DNA from: Actinomycetota bacterium
GTDB taxonomy: Bacteria > Actinomycetota > Actinomycetes > Actinomycetales > Microbacteriaceae
NCBI GenBank assembly: GCA_039806025.1
Contig: JBDKLJ010000001.1
Location: 11,378 to 75,377, forward strand
DNA: 64,000 nucleotides
Direction: 5' to 3'
The notes under the pieces were generated by a model. It made no database searches and was not told where the DNA came from. It worked only from the letters and a program-made list of their open reading frames with translations. Positions 57,800-64,000 of this stretch are shown here, in pieces (positions within the stretch are counted from its first letter, which is position 1; every line of letters starts with the position of its first letter). The translations under genes were made by a program, and so were the position numbers.

Positions 57800-60700
57800 T
57801 TGAGTTCACCGCGCGGATCCCGCGAGGCGCGCTTCGGCGCTGGGAAGTTATTGCAAGCTACGGCAATCGTTGTCGTAGTGGCGCTAATCGCTGCCATTGC
57901 AATCTTCTCGGAGGGTTTCGACGTAAAAAACGTTCGAACCGACAGCCAAAACATTTGGATTCTTCAGAAGAACTCTTCGGCAACTGGCGGCAATTCTGGT
58001 CAAAGTGGTCTAACCGCCTACGGCCGAGTAAACACCGAAGTAAACGAACTCACTGCCTACAACTCGGTTGAACTGCCAAACAGCCTCGTGCAAGGGCCAA
58101 CCGGAGACCTTCTATTTGCAGAAGGTAGCAAGCGGTACATCAACATCAGTTCGGCAAATCCGATCGACTACGGAGCCGACAGTGAAGAGAACATTTCGCT
58201 GGAAATGCAGGTTGTCTCGATTGAGATGGGTGATTCGGTCACCGCCATGGTTCTCGACAACGGCCAACTGTATGTTTCGACGTTGAGCGGGTCTGCATTT
58301 GGTGCGCCGAAATCGGTTTCACCGCCGAAGGGTGTTGACAAATTTGCCTCGGTTGCAGTTACCTCGGACGATCAAATTCTGGTCTTTTCTAGTGCTTCGA
58401 AACAGGTCTTCAAATACGACCCAATCCGTGAATCATGGGGAAGTGGGGAAGCGGTTACCGGTTCTTCCGATGGAGAGTTTCAACTAGCTTCGGTTGGCGA
58501 CAAATGGGCTCTGCTCGAAGTAGCCACCGGCAACCTATGGCTCAGTGGTGGAGCGGAACCGCTGCTGGCACCTGGCGGAAGTCAGTTGCAAAAGTCTTCA
58601 CCAAGCAGTGTTGCCGGAAATGTTTACCTTTCGACACCAACGGCTTTCGTTAGCGTCAACATCTCAAATCGCGAAGTCGACCAGGCAGCCGCCGAGGTTC
58701 CCGGTGGAATTGGCACCACCAGACCACTGTATTTTGGGGGTAACGTTTACTCGGTTTGGTTGGCTGGCGACGCCGGCTGGTTCCTTTCAACGAACGACAA
58801 CGCTGTACAGCCTCTGGACTACGGTGCCAAGAAACTTGACGTAAACAATCTGAAGGACATCACCTTCCAGTCGAACGACACCACGGCTGTAATCAACGAC
58901 ACCTACAGTGGTTGGGCATGGAGCCTACCGACTGGCAAGTTGGTCGTGGGAACCCAAGACTGGGCGAGCCTTGATGAAGAGCACAAACCCTGTAAGGGGC
59001 CAGAGTGCGAGGTTGATGGCGGCAAGAAGCCGAAACCACCGGTTGCCAAGAATGACACCTTTGGTGTTCGCGCCGGCGACCTAATCACCCTGCCGGTTCT
59101 GCTTAACGACAGTGACCCTAACAAGGGTGATGTTTTGACCATCGTCCCCGATTCGGTGAAGGGTCTTGATCCGAACTTCGGTGAGGTTCGGGTTAGTTCC
59201 AGCGAGCAGATGCTTACCGTGATGGTGAAGTCAAACGCTAGCGGCTCGAAATCTTTCAAGTACCGAATTACCGACGGTACAGGTCAACCCAACTCAAATG
59301 TGGCCACCGTCACCTTGAAGGTGGTCCCCGATAGCGCTCCGAACAAAGCACCTGGCTGGTGTCGTGATGTCGTGGCTACCTGTATCCAGCAAGAACCATT
59401 TGTTTCGGTTCGACCAGGTTCTGAAGTCACCATTCCGTATCTAAACGGTTGGGTCGATCCAGATGGTGATCGTTTCTTTATTTCGGCCGCTGAGATTTCT
59501 TCTGGTGAAGGAAACGTGGCGTTCACCTCTGCGGGTGAACTCGTCTACCAAAACGAAAATGCTGGCGACAAGAGTTCGTCGCAGGTGACCATCGATGTCA
59601 CAGTGAGCGATATTCGCGGAGCGTCAACCAAGAAGGCACTCAGTATTGCGGTCCAACCAGATGCCAGCTTCGTTTTCGATGCACCGGTAATTGTGGCAAC
59701 ACCGAATGAACCGGTAACGGTAGATTTCGCCGAATACGCCAGCGGGGTTCAGGGAGTGCTTTCGATTTCCGACCTTCACAAGGTTCGAGACACCGATCCG
59801 GTTGACTTTGAAATGGTTGACGGAGCCAAGGTCAAATTCACGGCAAATGATGTGAAGCCAACCCAGTTCAGCCTCTCGTTGCGCGATGCCTCCGGAGCCG
59901 AAGTTAGCTCAATCGTTCGTGTAAACGTTGTGCAGGGTGAAGCCCTGAAACTTTCAACCTCGCCAGTGACCGTTCTGCTGAGCCCCGGGCTAGATACTTC
60001 TGTTAACGTCTTTACGGCAGCGCATAACCCAGCCGGCAAGTCACTCGTAGTCAGCAATCTCTCAACCAGCCCAGCCAAGGGGTCGCTACTGCTTGTAGAT
60101 AAAATCCGCGGCGGTCACCTTCGCGTGCGCGGGCAAAATGAAAATGGAGCCACCGGGTTCGTCGGTGTTATTAACTACACGCTCAGCGATGGAGACTCTT
60201 CTAGCGATTACAAGACCAAGGGTCAGGCGTTCGTCTATGTAATGCCAACCCCTGAGGACAAGCCGGTCGTGGCGCGCAGAGACCAGGTGGTTATTCGTGC
60301 AGGTGCCTCTGCCGAGATTGATGTACTTGCCAACGACATTGGTAACCCGGGAATCCCGCTGGCCATCGATTCGAAGTCTTTGCAGCAGGAAGAAAAAACT
60401 TCCTGTCTACCTGGCGGTTTGATTTTCGCCGGTGGTGGGAAGATTCGTGTGGTTGCACCAACCAAGGCCGGTGGATATAGCTGTGGCTATTCCGTATACG
60501 CCTCAAACAACCCAACAGTAAAGACCTTGGCCACACTCACAATCAAGGTTGTTGATGCCGATGGTTCTGGACAGGCTCCAATTCCGGTTGACCTATTTGC
60601 ACGAGTGCGTGCCGGTGAAACCGTCAACATTCCGGTTCCTACCTCAGGCGTCGATCCAGACGGAGATTCGGTTCTGGTGCAAACCATTGCCGGCGTGAAG

Positions 60701-63700
60701 GGCGATAAGGGTGCCGCCTACATTAACCCAGACGGCGCCTCGATTGAGTATTCTGCACTCGATGGAGTGACCGGCCAGGACACTTTCACCTACACGCTGA
60801 TCGATAGCTCCGGGATGGTCTCGGCCTCGGCACGCGTCAAGGTGGCGATTCTTGGCGGCGACCCAGACACCGCTCCGGTCACGGTGAACGACTACGCAGA
60901 AGTTCTCGTAGGTGCAGAGAACAAGGTCATCATCGACCCGGTCTCAAACGATTTTGACCCACAGCAAAATGTGAAGAAACCGATGGTTTTGGTCGCCAAC
61001 TCGGTAATTCCGGATGCACCAAAGGATTCAACGAATTACCGACTCTGGGCCGCGGCACTTTCAGTTACCAAGGGCACTAACCTGGTCACCGTCAAAGCCG
61101 GCAAAGACGCAATGGCGATGCGATTCATCTACACGGTGAAGGGCGCTAGCGGAAGTACCAGCAGCGGCTACATAAACGTCAAAGTTACTTCAGACGCGCT
61201 GAAAGACGCGCCAGACATCACCGACACCTACGTGACTTCAGCGCAGCTCGATGATTTGGTAAACGGTGGCATAGACGTCATCACCAATAAGGTCATCTGG
61301 ACTTCAGGTGATTCTTCGAAGTTGAAGCTCTCGCTTTGGGGTGACACCTCAGGTTTCTCGATTTCCGGTGGCGTGAAGATTTCTGCGGGAAGCAAACCTG
61401 AAGACCCGAGAATCGTGATCTTCAAACTGACCGGAACGAACTTCTACGGCGAAGAGGTCTTCAGTTACGGACTAATGCACCTGCCCGGCACCAAACCGCG
61501 AATCACCTTCGACCCTGCTGCTTCACGTCAAACCGTGGACGAAGGGAAGTCGGTTGACTTCGACATTGCCGAACTCACAAACGTTGCCGATCCGTTGGTA
61601 ATTGGCAAAGTAAAGGCTCACGGTGTGCGCCCTAATGCCAAGTGTTCGGTGGCTTCCGGTACCAAGATCACCTATAGCGCCGGCAATGGCGAACCCTGGG
61701 GCGACTTCTGCGACATCGAGCTGAAGATCAAGGGATCCAACGACGATTTCGTAACCATCCTGGTTCCAATCTCGATTACACCAAAAGACCCTAAGCCAGT
61801 TTTGAGCGACCACCAACTCACGGTCATCCCTGGTAGCTCTGCACTGCAGGAATTCGACCTCCAAGACATGACCGACTGGTACGGCAAAGACACCTCGTCA
61901 CTGAAATACAAATTTGAGGGTGGCGCAGATCTATTTGACCTGAGCTTCAAGGCCGGAACCAGCGTCCTACAGATTAAGGCGTTCGGTAATTCGAGGCCTG
62001 GTGAAAAGCGCAACATCAAGATTTCGGTGGTGGGCTACCCAGACACCGAGCCTGCCAACCTCGTCCTCGTTGTCGGTCAGCTTCCTGAAAACAAGCCGGT
62101 TGCACCTACCCTGATTTTGAACTGTTCAAGCACCGCGGGGGAGTCTGGTTGTGAAATCTCTGCCTCGCAGATGAATGGCACACCTGGCGTCTATAACCCT
62201 TACGACGGCACGCCATTGGTCTTTGCGCCGTTTGGCTATTCGAATGGCGACGTCAACTATGCCAGTGGCGCCAACAAATATGCCTGCGGCAAGGTCACCA
62301 TCAAAACCACCGCAGACCGAATCTTTGCAACCTGGAGTGACAAGCCGGAAGGCTCTAAATGCCTGGTTCGCTATAAGGTTCTCGACCGCGAAGGCCGCGT
62401 TGGCGATGGCAACCTTGAGTTCAGCTTCGAGGGTATTCCTGGAAATGTTCGTTCAGTGACGCAGGTGGGTTACACCGGTTCCAGTATTACACTTCAGGTG
62501 GTTCCTCCAACCGGCTCTTTCCCCGAGGTTACCGCCTTTGAAATCGTCGACGAACGTGGCGATGTTTCCAACTGCGACATCGACGAATCCGGTGGAATCA
62601 CTCGCTGTCTCATTTCCAACCTAGATGCCTACGACGGCGTCAATAAGAGTAATCTGCACAGTTACTCGGTTAAGGCCGTAAACGGTCAAGGTCTTTCAAA
62701 GACTGCCAGGACTTACAAAGACGCATACGCCTACAGAGCGCCGAAGAAGTTGTCGAAGAGCAACTTGAAAGCCGCGTCGGTCTATGACCCTCAAATCACC
62801 GAGACCGCCGGTGTCGCCGAGGTGACGATCTTCCCAGTGGTCGACCCATCGGTCGCACGCTATGAAATTTCCGGTGGCGTTGGAAACCCGGTTAAAAAAC
62901 TAACCGGCGATAACTTCGATTCATTCAAGATTCGAGTTCAGGCTAAACCCGGTGTCCGCAGCAAAATTACGGTTTCCGCCTACGGACGCATCGATCCGCC
63001 GGTGAAGGATTTGGTAGAGGACAATTCCGCGGTCTGGATCGGACGTGTGGTTGGAAAGCCTAAGGTCGAATCTGTTTCCGCTAAGACCCAGCGTTCGGGG
63101 CCAACCTGGACCGGTAACGTGACCGCCGTGAATGTGAACCGTAACTTCAGCGACCAGAAGGTTTATGCCGTATTTGCCCTGTTCCCTGGAGGCACCACGC
63201 CTCGCTGCGACTGGAGTAATTCGACCCACACCGAAGTGTCAGTAACCGGCGGCTCGGGAATGATTATTGGCAGTGGAAGTTATGAGTCCAGCGAACAGGC
63301 CTTGGAAAATCTCAAATCGCCAGCCTTGACCAACATTCAAGAAAATACCGGCTACACGCCTTACGTCTGCATCTCGAACAGCTATGCCTACGCCACTGCT
63401 TTCGGTAAGTCGCTCTCAACGCTTTCAGACCCGGCGGCTGGTGCGTTTGCTTACGACATCAACCCGAACCCAACCATCACCAGAAATGGTTCCGGTGTGG
63501 TTACCAGGGCTGAATGGCTGGTAAAGAGTGGGCGCGAAGAAACTAAGGCCGGAGTAACCGCCTGGTTCAATGGCACAGCCGACAAGTCGGGTGCCTGGTC
63601 GAAGACTATGAAATCAAGCGCTTTTGGAACCGCTCCGGTGATTTGGGTTCGCTACTGCATGACCAACGACGAGAAGACCTGTAGCCCTGGTGAGCGAAAA

Positions 63701-64000
63701 CTCGATCCGGTGTCTACCACCCGGTCCTGGCAGATGCGCATTGACAGCATCGACGGCTTGATTCAGCTCAATAACGGAAACGCGGTCACTTCACTCTGTA
63801 ACCGTGGTGAAGAAGTCGATCTGAAACTGGCTGGTGAAGGTCTTCAAACATCATCCGGACGCAACCTCTGGGAGATCGAAGGTTCGGCCTCTTATGTGGC
63901 AACCGACAACAGCGAAGGTTCGCTTGAGAAAGCTACTGGTTGGAAGCTTCCCACCAGAAAGAATCTAAAGTCGATTTCCGCGGATATTCGTGGAAACAGC
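57800..64000 (+). CDS. Giant membrane-anchored Ig-like (Big_9/tandem-95) and FnIII protein, truncated by the window end (at least 2067 aa)
   Basis: TTG immediately after the kinase TAG; MSSPRG..., TM LLQATAIVVVVALIAAIAIF; PPVAKNDTFGVRAG..LPVLLNDSDPN, GWVDPDGD, GVDPDGD; FnIII-like YSVKAVNGQG. The frame reads open at the points I translated, and the track lists no terminated ORF in this frame. Confidence 0.88.
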   Translation, partial: MSSPRGSREARFGAGKLLQATAIVVVVALIAAIAIFSEGFDVKNVRTDSQNIWILQKNSSATGGNSGQSGLTAYGRVNTEVNELTAYNSVELPNSLVQGPTGDLLFAEGSKRYINISSANPIDYGADSEENISLEMQVVSIEMGDSVTAMVLDNGQLYVSTLSGSAFGAPKSVSPPKGVDKFASVAVTSDDQILVFSSASKQVFKYDPIRESWGSGEAVTGSSDGEFQLASVGDKWALLEVATGNLWLSGGAEPLLAPGGSQLQKSSPSSVAGNVYLSTPTAFVSVNISNREVDQAAAEVPGGIGTTRPLYFGGNVYSVWLAGDAGWFLSTNDNAVQPLDYGAKKLDVNNLKDITFQSNDTTAVINDTYSGWAWSLPTGKLVVGTQDWASLDEEHKPCKGPECEVDGGKKPKPPVAKNDTFGVRAGDLITLPVLLNDSDPNKGDVLTIVPDSVKGLDPNFGEVRVSSSEQMLTVMVKSNASGSKSFKYRITDGTGQPNSNVATVTLKVVPDSAPNKAPGWCRDVVATCIQQEPFVSVRPGSEVTIPYLNGWVDPDGDRFFISAAEISSGEGNVAFTSAGELVYQNENAGDKSSSQVTIDVTVSDIRGASTKKALSIAVQPDASFVFDAPVIVATPNEPVTVDFAEYASGVQGVLSISDLHKVRDTDPVDFEMVDGAKVKFTANDVKPTQFSLSLRDASGAEVSSIVRVNVVQGEALKLSTSPVTVLLSPGLDTSVNVFTAAHNPAGKSLVVSNLSTSPAKGSLLLVDKIRGGHLRVRGQNENGATGFVGVINYTLSDGDSSSDYKTKGQAFVYVMPTPEDKPVVARRDQVVIRAGASAEIDVLANDIGNPGIPLAIDSKSLQQEEKTSCLPGGLIFAGGGKIRVVAPTKAGGYSCGYSVYASNNPTVKTLATLTIKVVDADGSGQAPIPVDLFARVRAGETVNIPVPTSGVDPDGDSVLVQTIAGVKGDKGAAYINPDGASIEYSALDGVTGQDTFTYTLIDSSGMVSASARVKVAILGGDPDTAPVTVNDYAEVLVGAENKVIIDPVSNDFDPQQNVKKPMVLVANSVIPDAPKDSTNYRLWAAALSVTKGTNLVTVKAGKDAMAMRFIYTVKGASGSTSSGYINVKVTSDALKDAPDITDTYVTSAQLDDLVNGGIDVITNKVIWTSGDSSKLKLSLWGDTSGFSISGGVKISAGSKPEDPRIVIFKLTGTNFYGEEVFSYGLMHLPGTKPRITFDPAASRQTVDEGKSVDFDIAELTNVADPLVIGKVKAHGVRPNAKCSVASGTKITYSAGNGEPWGDFCDIELKIKGSNDDFVTILVPISITPKDPKPVLSDHQLTVIPGSSALQEFDLQDMTDWYGKDTSSLKYKFEGGADLFDLSFKAGTSVLQIKAFGNSRPGEKRNIKISVVGYPDTEPANLVLVVGQLPENKPVAPTLILNCSSTAGESGCEISASQMNGTPGVYNPYDGTPLVFAPFGYSNGDVNYASGANKYACGKVTIKTTADRIFATWSDKPEGSKCLVRYKVLDREGRVGDGNLEFSFEGIPGNVRSVTQVGYTGSSITLQVVPPTGSFPEVTAFEIVDERGDVSNCDIDESGGITRCLISNLDAYDGVNKSNLHSYSVKAVNGQGLSKTARTYKDAYAYRAPKKLSKSNLKAASVYDPQITETAGVAEVTIFPVVDPSVARYEISGGVGNPVKKLTGDNFDSFKIRVQAKPGVRSKITVSAYGRIDPPVKDLVEDNSAVWIGRVVGKPKVESVSAKTQRSGPTWTGNVTAVNVNRNFSDQKVYAVFALFPGGTTPRCDWSNSTHTEVSVTGGSGMIIGSGSYESSEQALENLKSPALTNIQENTGYTPYVCISNSYAYATAFGKSLSTLSDPAAGAFAYDINPNPTITRNGSGVVTRAEWLVKSGREETKAGVTAWFNGTADKSGAWSKTMKSSAFGTAPVIWVRYCMTNDEKTCSPGERKLDPVSTTRSWQMRIDSIDGLIQLNNGNAVTSLCNRGEEVDLKLAGEGLQTSSGRNLWEIEGSASYVATDNSEGSLEKATGWKLPTRKNLKSISADIRGNS

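Noticed and set aside
62555-62563. RGD integrin-binding motif in the FnIII-like region
   Set aside because: A single tripeptide in more than 2000 aa is expected by chance, and nothing indicates an animal host.
58068-63229. Short ORFs on both strands in the last 6 kb, and similar antisense ORFs throughout the window
   Set aside because: They are shadow frames of long genes and have no recognisable motifs.

Overview
The window is chromosomal DNA from an actinobacterium of moderate GC (roughly 50-55% by eye). Gene content and order point to Microbacteriaceae, probably a streamlined freshwater Rhodoluna/Aquiluna-like lineage (inference). 1-11.5 kb is a cell-wall glycopolymer locus: LCP, TagG/TagH-type ABC, GT2, TagF-like polymerase, lipoprotein, 1153-aa LysM protein, O-antigen-ligase-like protein and galE. 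11.6-31 kb is a conserved housekeeping run: whiB2, GT2-like protein, DUF5719, zincin, ahcY, mtrAB-lpqB, comF, hpf, secA, Rv3235-like, SAF/ParA-like genes, pdtaS, whiB1, bcp and tRNA-Lys(CTT). 31-34 kb is a small accessory islet of mostly secreted proteins. 34-38 kb is the class Ib RNR operon nrdHIEF, whose leader holds a cobalamin-riboswitch-like fold with non-canonical features. 39-64 kb is the most striking part: a tightly coupled operon of more than 25 kb. It encodes a 4504-aa subtilase with about 36 mostly Cys-paired Ig-like repeats, an FHA-FHA-ABC transporter (Rv1747-like), a variant-LRR membrane protein, a Ser/Thr kinase, and an Ig/FnIII surface protein of more than 2067 aa that the ORF track missed because it runs off the window. 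No CRISPR, rRNA, integrase or transposase was seen. All family calls come from reading motifs by eye; no database searches were run.
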